Below are positions 35,745 through 49,200 of a stretch of DNA of 64,000 nucleotides, piece after piece. Numbering within the stretch: the stretch's first letter is position 1; each line of letters opens with the position of its first letter. Origin of the DNA: the human T2T-CHM13v2.0 reference genome, Homo sapiens. The notes beneath the pieces were generated by a model. It was not told the DNA's origin, made no database searches, and saw only the letters and a list, made by a program, of their open reading frames with translations. Made by a program: the position numbers and the translations under genes. The stretch is from NCBI RefSeq assembly GCF_009914755.1, contig NC_060936.1. The stretch is one strand, 5' to 3'.

Positions 35745-36056
35745 GGCTGGACACAGTGGCTCATGCCTGTAATCCCAGCACTTTGGGAGGCCAAAGAGGG
35801 AGGATCTCTGTGGCCAGGAGTTCAAGACCAGCCTGGGCAATACAGCAAGACCCTGTCTCTACAAAAAATAAAATAAAATAAAATTAGCCAGGCCATGGTA
35901 GTGCACACCTGTAGTCCTACCTACTCAGGAGGCTGAGGCCAGAGGATTGCATGAGCACTGGAGTTGGAGGCTGCAGTGAGCTATGATCATGCTGCTGCAC
36001 TCAGCCTAGGTGACAGAGCTAGACCCTGTCTCTAAAAATATTTAAACAATAAAAAA
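35745..36056 (+). mobile_element. AluJ
   Basis: ggccaggagttcaagaccagcctgggcaatacagcaagaccctgtctctac...gagctatgatcatg. Confidence 0.9.
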
Positions 36057-36276
36057 TCTTGAGTTTTTGTCATTACAATATTTTTTTAAAAATTACCACT
36101 GACTTCCATTGCTCTTTGCCTGAACCTTGCATTGTACATTTTTGGCCATGCGATTCTCCATTCTCTTTTCCTCTCTAACCCCTTTTATTCTAGCCAATAA
36201 TTTTATTTGGTCCAGTAATTAAAGTTAAAAATGAGATTCTATATCAATTATGACAACAAATCCATTTTGTACTCAC

Positions 36277-36606
<330 letters not shown>

Positions 36607-37469
36607 TAAACATGGCACTCTATTAGATATTGTAAAAGATACATAAAATAAAAAGTTATTTACTTCAAGGGCTTTAAAATATAAATACCACCTATGTTTC
36701 CCAGCAATTTTTCAGAACCTACACTCTCAAGTAATCTGTACTAGGCATTGCAACAGGATAGGGTCCCTTCCTGATGATCTCCTCCCACCTCTAAATTATT
36801 TTGACACTGTCTAAAGGTAAAGCAGCCCTGGAATGAAAGTATCTGTCTCTGATCATTACCATTGCTTAAAGGACCGCTGATATGACATATTGCTGTTTTC
36901 TGTTGCTAAAGAGTTAAACTTTCTTGTATTGATGTCTTTTTCTTGGGGGTTTAGAGGATCTCTCACATGCTCAGGCTGATCTTCATTGTTCCAGATTTGT
37001 CATGATTTCTGGGCTACAGAGAGGCAACTAGAGATAAAGCCAATGAAATTTTGAGAACATTACTTGTGAGAGCCTGGCTGACTGTGGAGATCAGGCCTCT
37101 AGGAATGCCAGTTTTGAAGAGGGGTTAGGATGCATCTAGAGTCTAGACGCGATGTAGCAGGCCCAGAAATGCACAGTTATTTGACCACCTAGAGATTACG
37201 AGACTGAAGGGATATGCCACCCAGATTAACTTTCCCTAAGCTAGTATTAAACCAAAACAAAAAAAAGTCTAGATTTTGCTTAATTTTCTAAGAGGACATT
37301 GTAGAATAATCTTTTTTGAAAATGAGAGTTTAAATCTCAACATACATTCACAAGCAAACTTCAAAACCTCTAATTGCTCTGATTTTGGTGTTCTCCTCTT
37401 TAAACTTGATATATATGTAAACTTAATAACATTTTCTTCATAACACTTCCTGGAAGGTTGTGTGAGGAT

Positions 37470-37652
37470 AAATTTTTTTTTAATTTTAAAAACAATTTAA
37501 ACAAATTTAATTTAAAATTTAAAAAAATTGTTGTAGAGATGGGGTCTCAGTATGTTCCCCAGGCTGGTCTCAGACTCCTGGCCTCAAGCAATCCTCCCTC
37601 TTTTGGCCTCCCAAAGTGCTGGGATTACAGGTGTGAGCCATTGTGCCCATCC
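37470..37652 (-). mobile_element. FLAM/AluJ left monomer
   Basis: gtagagatggggtctcagtatgttccccaggctgg...gggattacaggtgtgagcca. Confidence 0.8.
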
Positions 37653-37667
37653 AGTATAGTAGATTCT

Positions 37668-37688
37668 ATATGTATGTGCGTGTGTGTG

Positions 37689-37734
<46 letters not shown>

Positions 37735-37852
37735 TGTGTGTATATATATATACACACACATTAAAAGTATATTTATATATTATTTGCTATAATATATAAA
37801 TATATGCTTACAATATACTTACATATAATATATAGTTATGTATATACATATG
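37668..37852. repeat. (TG)n/(TA)n compound microsatellite
   Basis: Directly visible. Confidence 0.9.
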
Positions 37853-37879
37853 TGATTCTAGATAATTTGTTAAGTAACT

Positions 37880-39430
<1,551 letters not shown>

Positions 39431-39659
39431 AAGTCTATATGAAGTTGTTTTTCTCACTTCTAAAATATTTCTGCTTAAAGAACCAGGATTGATCAAGTAA
39501 ATGTCATGAGCACATTCTTCCCTAAAAAAAGAGGGAAAATTCTTAATACAAAATTATCCATTTTATTTGTCATCCAAAGCAGTGTTCATTCATGCCAAAG
39601 ATGTTATATCATCGTTATGCAGATTGTGGCTTTCTTTACTTTAACATTTTAGTCATGTC

Positions 39660-40426
39660 TTTTTTTGGAGCTAATGTATTTTATTATACGTCTTAGATTT
39701 ATGCATTGCATATACGCTTTTAAAGCTCCAGTTAACAGTTCAATACAAAATTTTAAAAAATATGTATGCCGTGGTTTTCAGGCACAGAATTTAGGAAGAG
39801 ATAGGAGCAAGTGTTTTTTTCCTTAGCATGTAGTGAATATGAAAAACCATGATAGTGGAATGCTTCCTTCTGACCTACACCCTTTTTGGATTGAATTTTA
39901 TTACAGTGAACAGTTTTAGTAGGTATAATATTGCTGATTGGAAATAATGAGATTTTAAATAAGTTTATAACCTATATTTTCTTGAAGTCTTTAGTACCTA
40001 AATGATTACTTTTCTCCTAATAAAATTCTAAGACAATCCAATGAAAATAATATAGCCTATAAAATACCTGAAGCATCTGCCTAGAACACTGCCCACGGTT
40101 ATTCAACGTCTTCAGGGCGCACAGGATGAGGCAATGGATTTCTTGTCAGTGTCTCTGGAAGGCGCTTTCCTCACATTGTAAGCGTCTCCATCGGGCTCTC
40201 TGTTGTTGACCCAGACATACTCTATGACTGTTCTGTATTTGCTATAGCCGAATTGCTTGTACATGTCGATTGCAATTTGGTTAGATACCAAAGAGATTGA
40301 CCAAAATATCCACCTGTCTGTTGTTGAAGCAGAAAAGGTCATTGCAAGTGAAACCCGGAGGATGGTCATCACTCTACCACCACTGAGGCCAGCGTCCCAG
40401 GACCTGTAACTGTCCTGCCAGAAGTC
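39660..40426 (-). pseudogene. NAA20: Processed pseudogene of NAA20 (NAT5, NatB catalytic subunit), lacking ~84 internal codons
   Basis: ATG at 40369 gives MTILR then (frameshifted) FTCNDLFCFNN, matching NAA20 MTTLRAFTCDDLFRFNN. GGYF..VNLF..VSNQIAIDMYKQFGYSKYRTVIEY..EPDGDAYNVRKAPSRDTDKKS..PLPHPVRPEDVE* (stop 40099-40101) matches the NAA20 C-terminus. Intronless; 3'UTR-like tail; AATAAA at 39680-39685; A-tail remnant 39660-39666; degraded TSD tagtcatgtctt / tatcctgtctt. The symbol is that of the parent gene. Confidence 0.92.
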
Positions 40427-41737
40427 TATCCTGTCTTGCCGACAGGGTCATCTTGACAGGTTATAGATGACATCTTGGAACCTTAACAGTTAGAAATGGG
40501 GAATCCCCTGCTCTTATCAGCAATTCAGGATTGAAATTTCTAGATGAGTTATTGCTGCATATGGCAAAGCTTATCCATTTTATGCTGATTCTTGTTTGCT
40601 AAATTTATTCCCCAATTCCGATGAGCTCTCTGTAGCATATAACCTGATTACAATGAAATTAAGAATTCTTGACTTTGGCACACCCTATTTCAAACAGAAA
40701 AAGACACTAAATATTTTTTAAAGCTTGCTTGGTCTCCCCTCTATCCCTGTCAGCTTTCTTTCATGCTGTCTTTATATATGACGCAACTCTCTTAAGTGAC
40801 CTCTCTCTCTGTGGCCCACATGCTCCTCAGAGCTGTGCCAGTGAGCTGTGTGTTCCTTCTCTGCCAAGTTTTCTGTCCTTTTCCGTGGTCCCGACATGCT
40901 TCCTTTCTCCAGGATATTTTTTTAAAGATAAAGAGGAAACAAGAATACTAAGTATTATGAATAAGTCTTTGGCCTTTAATGAAGATAACTTCAGGTTAAA
41001 TTCTTCAGAAATAATGGCTATCTTTTTTACAAAGGAACTTCAAAGAGCATTCACTTTTTTAATTGACCATTTTTTGTGTTTCTAACTACTCCATGTATTA
41101 AATTTAAAATATGAGCAATTATCAGAAATGCATATTTAAATTTTTCTCATGCACTAAAATTTCAACTTCTGCCAGTTTCTCTTAAAAGAGAGCTAATAGA
41201 GCAAGGACATTTATAGGTTTAGATACTAAAGAAAATCATCTTTAGAAAAATGGTATTACTATAGTCAAATTATTTAGGTCTTGGTTCAATGATATTTTTA
41301 GGTAATGCATACAAGTTTTTCCTCAAAGTAACACATATTTTAATATTTAAAAAATTAGCTTAGGAGACAATACAAATATTTAAATCAAGCAACATACATT
41401 TATGCTTAGAACATAAATTTTGGACAGCATTCTATATGCTATACTCAATAATAGCGGTTTGGATTAAGGTTGTTTTACAGAAAGGTATTAGCAAAATATA
41501 AATGAGTAACAAGTACACAAAATAATTTATCCAATTCAACTGTTTTAAATATTTATGTTAAATGGAAGAGACAGGAGGCATATGCCATATAAATTACCCT
41601 ACGTTGAAAGCTCCTGAAGGCAGGGACAGTTTGCTTCTGCATTGCTTTATACATTTCCTAACATAGAAGTATATGTAAATAAACTACACATTTCTAAGCA
41701 TAGTGATGCTGGGTGAGGAGTAGGCTGGGTCAATCTG

Positions 41738-41768
<31 letters not shown>

Positions 41769-41786
41769 AAATAAATAAATAAATAA
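41738..41786. repeat. (AAAT)n microsatellite
   Basis: Directly visible. Confidence 0.95.
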
Positions 41787-42499
41787 GCCAGAGCATCCTC
41801 CAAAGTCTTACTCTGAGTGATTTTCTTCTGTCCTGTGTTTACCTTCCCTCAATATCCAATTTACAATGTCTCACTTGTTGTGGAGGCCTCATGCGTATAT
41901 CCTGAATTAATTGAATAATGTGTTTAAGGAAGCCTTTTATAGTATTCTACAGGTCATGGGGTATCTTTTATGCTTAGCTAAATTAGAGAACCATTTAATT
42001 TTTGCATATGTTTTTATACAATTAGGTCACATAGAGAAGTGGCAATTTCTTGCTCAATATTCAAAAAGGCCAAACATGAGAAACTCAGAAATTTGGAACC
42101 TGAGGCTGTGCCCTTTGCTGTTAATATTTTTGTTTCTGTTTCCTCATTGATTGATTAAATGAGAATAAGAAGTCTTTCCACACACCTACTTCACAAATGG
42201 TTTAAATATGGTAAGCACACATACTATAAAATAAATGAAATCCCCAGTAGAGCTTGGATGGACAGGGCCAAGAGGGTTGTTTTTGGTCATACAACTGACA
42301 TCAAGCTCTCCTTCATGCCTGGAAGATTTTTCTCAACATTAGGCTAAATTTCTCATATGGGTTGGTAAGATCTGGACCACAGTGTCAAGAAACTTTTAGT
42401 TTTACTGCGTCCCAGGGTAGACCTCTGATACACAGTGGAAAGCATACATCATTCCTGTTTTTACCAAGTTCCATGCTCTAAAATTTATGGTCACTAAGA

Positions 42500-42742
42500 A
42501 ACCAGTAGACCCTAGTGGTTAAGATCTCAGGCTCTGGACTCAGATTTACATCTCTGTTATTTCTCTGATATTTGACAAGTCTCCAAAGCTCTTTGAGTCT
42601 CATCATTGAAATTGGATGAAATTATTAATAATATCCACTACAAAGGTTTGCTCTCAGAATTAAATGAGATAGTACATGTACAGCATTTAGTGTGATTCCT
42701 AGAACATGAGCATTTCTCAATAAACGTTAGCTGTTAGCTGTA
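42500..42742 (+). mobile_element. MIR
   Basis: cctagtggttaagatctcaggctctggactcaga...aattaaatgagatagtacatgta...ctcaataaacgttagct. Confidence 0.8.
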
Positions 42743-43238
42743 TTGGATGATTACTTCATAATATAAAGTATGCTCGTTAGCCATTTCAGCCACCATTTTT
42801 AAGTAGAAAAATAATCAGTGAGTTTCTTTCTTTGATCCTATGCAATTCTCAGAAACTATTAACAAAGTGTAACATGAAGAATCTCTGGGCTTTGACACTG
42901 GGGGCAGGTAGGTGATGAGAAAACAGATAAATGAAAGAAAATAAATGGTGAGACACTCATATCAGCAAGTGCCCCGCCACAGTACTGAGGAGAATATGAC
43001 ACTACGGTTTGGGAAGATGCTATGGGAAGCGAGGTACGAGAGCCTCTAGGAAGTGTGCAATCTAGTTTAAAGATGAAATGGAGGTGAAATGCAGAGCAAC
43101 AAAGCAGATTCAGAGTAAAAGAAGGGGAATAGAGCAAGAAAGCCCATAGCCCTGGATAGAACGACCAAATGGGTTGCATGTGATTTAAACATGTTACTGA
43201 AGAAGCTTGATTGTGTAGAGAGCAAGTGTAGGAAAAAA

Positions 43239-43275
43239 GTGTGTGTGTGTGTGTGCGCGCGCGCATGTGTGTGTG
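43239..43275. repeat. (GT)n(GC)n(GT)n alternating purine-pyrimidine tract
   Basis: gtgtgtgtgtgtgtgtgcgcgcgcgcatgtgtgtgtg. Confidence 0.93.
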
Positions 43276-43486
43276 ATTCTCTGCTCTTTCAAATCCTGTG
43301 TTCTGGACTTGTTATTTTTCCCACTGTTTGTCGAAATCTTGGGCAGCTCCATAGATTTTTCTCGTCCCTTGTAGTCATGAGGACTTATTGCAGTAATTAA
43401 GAATTTCCATCCGGAAAAGTCTTAAGTCTTTTGTCTTTTATCCAACTGAAAGCTTCTTCTCTGACAGACTACAGTAGGAGGCAAAG

Positions 43487-43746
43487 TTTCTCCCTCCCTC
43501 TCCCTCCTTCCCTCTCTCCCTCCCTCCCTTCTTCTTTCTTCTTTCTTTCTTTTTCTTTCTTCTTTTTCTTTCCTTTTTTCCTTTCTTTCTCTTTCTTTTT
43601 CTTTTTTCTTTCTCCTTCCTTCCTCTTTCTTTCCTTCTTTCTTCTTTTTCTTCCTTTCCTCTCCTCTCCTCTCTTTTCCTTTCTCCTTGTTTCTCCTTTT
43701 CTTTCCTTCTTTCCTCTCTGCTCTCTTTTTCTTCTTTCTCTCTCTG
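43487..43746. repeat. ~260-bp polypyrimidine (CT-rich) low-complexity tract
   Basis: Almost entirely C/T, with only two G interruptions. Confidence 0.95.
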
Positions 43747-43990
43747 TATACATATATACATATATATATGTATGTATATATATGTGTATATGTATATATA
43801 CAAGTATATACATTTTTCAATAAATTAATCTCCAATCATACCTAGAGGGCCTTCAGGATGAGCATTTACAAAATATTTAAGTATCGTTATGTATATATGT
43901 GTATACATACATGTATTTATATATCCATATACATATGTGTATATATATACATGTATATATACACATATGTATACATATATATATATATAT
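43747..43990. repeat. TA/CA/TG-rich microsatellite, split by a 76-bp unique insert
   Basis: Directly visible on both sides of 43809-43884. Confidence 0.92.
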
Positions 43991-45852
43991 CTCCTATCCC
44001 CTGCTGTTTGATCCCATCCAAGGTTGGAAGCAGTGTTAGAGGTGAGGAAACGTCTCACTGGCCGTGGCGAAGGCATATGAGCTAGCCCAGTCTCTTTAAC
44101 TGGATCTCTCTTAGACCTCTCCTCTTTGATGGTGGCTTATGATTTTTTTCCCTTCTGCTTGCTAGTTTCTCAGAACCACTCTAGGCTGGAGTCACTCGTC
44201 TCATTCAGAGAGACTTCTAGGATGAGTCTCTTTGAAGACAGCACAGTCTGATCTTCTTCCATAGAGTCTGCATTCAGCCCATGGGAGATGAACTTTCTTG
44301 CCTTACCTTAGGTGGAGAAGCAGCCAACTCTTCATGAAACTCTCCCTTTCTTGGAACAGCCACGAGGAGGGACAGCTTCAGTCACAGCCTCATGTCTTCA
44401 GAATACTCTGGGATAAGTTAGAGCCACTCCCCAACTTCTTCATATTCTATTCATCACATCTTACTAAGCTTGAGGTGAAGGGATGTAACCTCTCCTCTTC
44501 CCCATGATGGGAGAGTGGGGTAGGGTGGACTGAATAATTGCACATTGAACAATTCTCCAAGGAATTTCTTACTCCCAAGTATTTTACCTCTCCCAGTGAA
44601 TTTTTCACATTCCTCTGTCTAATTTGAAGACAGGTAGTGGGCAAGTTTCAGCAGAAATAATTTAACAATCCCTTAGTATGTCCTATGTATGTGGTCTAGC
44701 ACCTTGGTTTAGAATGTAGGACTATTTGGGTCCTAGTGTTATATTCTCAATTGTAACACACACCTCTTATATACAACTTCAGATCCTCTTAGCCTCGCAC
44801 GGATTCTGAGGGACTTCATGCAGGAGCAGGCTCCCATTGCCTAAGCTCAGACTCACACCAAGTGCTGGTCCTTCCTTATTGACATGGAGCTGTGAGAAAC
44901 CATGTGTTGAGCTCATCAAAACTCATGCACATACCACCCAGAAGTACAGGGGATTTCTTGCCCCATGTGACAAAATTTTGACCAGTGGGAGATGGGAACT
45001 GGTGGATAAATTTCTTTCCTATTCTTCATCTTTCCCTTGAGGACAGACTATCCCAAGGTGCAGCTTGTACAGCTTCTTAGATGATCCTCAAAGATGAAGC
45101 AAGCAGTTGGATTCAGCAGTGGTCAATCTTGCATCCTCGCTTTCTCCTTCCCTGCTTCACCGCCCTTGTTCCTCACTCCAGCTCCCTAATAAAGAGACAT
45201 CACATAAGTCCTCAGCCTGCTGTTCTGCTTTATGAGAACACAGGCTGTTACAGTGGTCTTTGAAGCCTCTGCTGAAATCTTCAGAAGCAAAAGAGTTGCA
45301 TTTAATACCCTAGTACACATGCTTCCTGGGGTTGGTGAAATTATAGCTGGTTTCTTAAAGAGGAATGAACCCTATACTGGTTTTGGGGAAGGTGTGAGTA
45401 AAAGCACAGGGGCTTAGGATGATTGAACTCTTCTTTGGTCTTGACCAAGGTGATGGGAAATCTAAAGAGATGAGGTTTGAGAAACTGAAGGAGGGCTCTC
45501 CTGGAAAGATGAGTAATCAACTTGCTGAAATGGTATTTTGATGCATACTTTTGGTCACTAACCAGATCGCGTTTCCTCTGTGTATGCTGTGATCCCACAA
45601 AATAGCAGAACTTGAGAATGAGAACTCGCCATTCAGGTTCAGCCCCAGTTTAGAGCCTCAGGGTGGGAAAGAGTCATCGGGATCATGCTGTTAGTGGTGC
45701 CCTGGGACACATCCTCACACAAAGCTCATGCCCCTTTCACAGTCTGATAAAGTTTCTAATCTTTACTATGTCCTCTTACATTTTTCAATAAATTAATCTC
45801 CAATCGTACCTAGAGGGCCTTCAGGATGAGCATTTACAAAATATTTAAGTAT
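43809..45852 (+). repeat. 76-bp dispersed direct repeat (43809-43884 and 45777-45852)
   Basis: tacatttttcaataaattaatctccaatc[a/g]tacctagagggccttcaggatgagcatttacaaaatatttaagtat; 75/76 identical. Confidence 0.96.
44750..45252 (+). mobile_element. LTR33/LTR16-like ERVL solo LTR
   Basis: ttgaccagtgggagatgggaactggtggataaattt...ccctaataaag...cacataagtcctcagcc...gaacacaggctgttaca. 5' edge approximate. Confidence 0.55.
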
Positions 45853-48737
45853 TTTTATTTGCAAACTTTCATATTATTCTCTTTTTAAAAGCTCCTGATG
45901 GCTAAGGGATAGGGTACAAGTACAGGATAAATGTATAAAAATATATTTAATAAATGAAAAATTAAAGCTCAAATGCAATAATTTGACAGTTGAACCATAT
46001 CAGGGAACTATGTTTCTTAATATTAGCATTTACTGATTTATATTGGCTTCACAGTAAATCTTAGATAAACTGTCAATTATTTGCTCAGACTCAAGATACT
46101 GGCCTGTATTTTGCACTTTATCGGGTTTACTTTTTTTCCTGGTAAATTTAAGCACACACTCACACCCACACACACATACACACACAATTCACAATTTACT
46201 TCCTCATAGGGAGATCTTGACATATATTTTTTGAAAAGGCTTATGTTGTTTTTCAAAGTTGGGCCTCTGCTTTCCTTAAAATTAATTGCAGTTTACTCAG
46301 AGTTTTCTGCCCTCATCTACTACTTAAGGTCCCATTCTCTTTCAATGAGGAAGAATGGAAACATTGCATTTTACCTCTTTATGGGCTTGATCTATGTAAC
46401 TATGTTGATTTTCAAGACTGACAGAGCATTCCCTGAAAGGCACTCAAACCCAAAATACTAATGTGAAAATAACTGTTGGTAGGGCAGGCAACAATTTCAA
46501 AGAAGCGCAGTTGCGTATCAGGAACTGTAGTGAATACTTGCCAATTCAGGTTTCTAGGAAAATGCTGATCACATTTTGAGAATGGAAATAAGTCAATTTA
46601 AAGTGGGCATAATTTTTTATTTCCTAAAAAAAATGCAGAAATGCAGTGATTTACAAAGAACCTATTTTCTCACTGAACATATTTCTAATCCCTGAAAAAG
46701 AATTACTAACTGAGAATTGCCTGACTACATAGCAGTAATCATAGACCACCCAAGCATAGTTTTTACAAGGCCAAATTTACAAAAGAATGTTATTGCTTGA
46801 GGTTATCAGAAGAAAAATAAGTGGCTATTTATTAGGTTATAATGATGAAAATAAAGGTAGTCAGTCATGCTAGGTTTCATAAGAATAAGTATACTCAACT
46901 ATGACTCATGATCGTTTTTATCAAAGTATTTAACAAAATTTGCAGTGTTAATAAGTTGAGACGTAGATGGCTGAAAAAAACCTAAACTCTGCCTTAACTG
47001 CAATTCCATATGCTCTAATCAGAGAGTTATCCATCTCCACAGAAATGCACAGAAGCGCGACAATAAATGTGACACACATTGCATGTCTTTATAGGTGCAA
47101 ATTGATAATTGGACATCAAAACAAAAAGGTTATCTCATTGCCGAGGTGCAAATTGGCAGATTGCAGACATCAGCAAGAGAGAAGACAAAGGGAAGGGAGT
47201 ACATGTAAAATCCTATATTGTTGCTGACTTTTAGAGAGCCTATATTTCCAGAAAGAGAGAAACACTACAGAAAACAACAACAACAACAGGACATTTAAGG
47301 GATCACATTCTCTCTGACTGCTCTGGATGAAAAAGCTTTTTATAAATTCCTATCCGCATTGTATGAATTGAAACTTTATCTAAACTTGTTATTTTTATTT
47401 TTAATGGTCCCGAATAACAACCAAGAATTAAATAGATAAAAAGGATAATGTAGTGATAATATTGTGCAAGCACTTGTGCTAAACCCTTTACAATTAACGA
47501 GGTTTGTAGATTAGTTTTGGTAATTGTCACAAGAATGGGTGTCTGTTTTGGAACTAGATCTTGAAAGTCGTGATGCCTCACTATAGTGTTTATATTACAA
47601 GGATGCGTACAAGTAAGAATGCTTTGGTGGTTCTCTATTGACATGCTAAAAATTCCATTTGAAACTTAGCAAACTTATAGTTCAGTCTCACTGTGGTAGA
47701 ATTGGTTGTGTTATTAAAATATATACAGAAGTAACACATAAAGATATGGAAAAAAAGCACAAATTTATCAGATCCATCTAGAAGAAAAAGATGACTAACC
47801 CTTATATCAACAGGAAGAGACTGAGAATTACTAGAAAAACAACTATAAAGACAACATAAATCAAACAGCATAGAGTTTAGAACATCAAAAACTCAGAAAT
47901 TTTCATCTATTATTAATTATGATAAAAAATTCTATCTCAGAATATTTTACACAGCAACTGTTGCCAAGAAAATCTACATCTTCCAGAGCTGAGGAAAGTT
48001 AGAAATAAGAACTAAGGCTCTAAACTTCCAATGAAGTTGGATAGCCATTGATAAAATATCCTAATGTCTTTGTACATTTTTCTTTCAATTAAAAAGCCAC
48101 AATTTAAAAAGAAGAAAATTTATTATTTCAATGGCATTTAAATATTTAATGTCATGACAATTAGAATAGCTACAGATAATGTGGGAACTTAATGTTAGTT
48201 TCTAAAATAATATTTTACCATCAAGTTGTGATTTTTTATCTATATTATATGTGTACCTATAATAGAAAGTCTAAAAAAACCTGAGAAAAAGTTAATATTA
48301 TGGACTTTATTCTGAATTGATGATGAAAGACCTTCACTAACCTCTCTATTAACCTTTCTATTAACCTTTTACAAATGCTTCTTATTAGCCAACGTAGACA
48401 AATAGCTGAGTAGGCTTCTTCATCTTACCTCCAATGGTCTTTGAGGAGCTAATTAGTAGAGTGAGGCACAGTTAGACTTTTCTTTATCTGCATCCAGTTC
48501 ACATCAGCAGACTTTTTATCCACTGAACATCTGTATTCCAATTAGCATCATAACCTCATCTTTCCTGTAGCCACATCTGTGACAGAGATTTTTCTGGTAA
48601 TGGAATGATGTGGGCACATAGATCAGGGCTAATATCAAAAATCTGGGAAGATCATTCAAACTTTGCTTTGGCTACAAAGCACTAGATGGAGTTGAGCTTT
48701 CTTACGTGTTGCAGATTTAAGAAGTTAGAAGGGGAAT

Positions 48738-48778
48738 GTGTGTGTGTGTGTGTGCATGTGTTTGTGTGTGTGTGTGCA
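48738..48778. repeat. (TG)n microsatellite
   Basis: Directly visible. Confidence 0.9.
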
Positions 48779-48959
48779 CATATTCCTATAGAAGTATAAG
48801 TTTGTTACAATGTAAGTGGGTTTTCCAAGAATTCAAAGAATGCAATTTTCTTTTTCTGGAAATAAACCTGGGGCACCAGGGATTCTAGATGCCATAAGTT
48901 CATAATAAGTGGTTGCTAATTGAGTAATAAAATTGTAATACCCCTACTCAGAGCATGAA

Positions 48960-49200
48960 TGACTAGGAGTCCTTTGAATCCAGAGCTACCCTGGGCTGAC
49001 CACACTGCCTTGGGAAAATAACTAATCTTCATGAATCCTTAGTTTCCTCATCTATAAACAGTGATATTAATAACAATGTAGCTTAGAGTATCAATGAGTT
49101 ACATGCAAAATTGGAATTACCATATTTACTTTGTAGGGTTGCTGAAGGAATTAACAGTATCTAAAATAATGTAGGAAGGTATTAGACATTTAATAAAGTA
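48960..49200 (+). mobile_element. MIR
   Basis: ccttgggaaaataactaatcttcatgaatccttagtttcctcatctataaac. Confidence 0.65.

Noticed and set aside
40112-40372. Functional N-acetyltransferase gene or coding exon
   Set aside because: Frameshifts, loss of the acetyl-CoA-binding motif, no introns and an A-tail mark it as a processed pseudogene.
43422-44085. Several 75-137 aa ORFs rich in K/E/R, F/S/L or Y/I
   Set aside because: They are translations of the polypyrimidine tract and TA microsatellite, not genes.
43809-45852. 76-bp repeats as LTRs or TSD of a 1.9-kb mobile element
   Set aside because: No TG...CA ends and too long for a usual TSD. The microsatellite continues on both sides of copy 1, and the interior contains much older repeats.
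48338-48370. Three copies of a 12-bp unit (taacctYtctat)
   Set aside because: Ordinary slippage tandem repeat.
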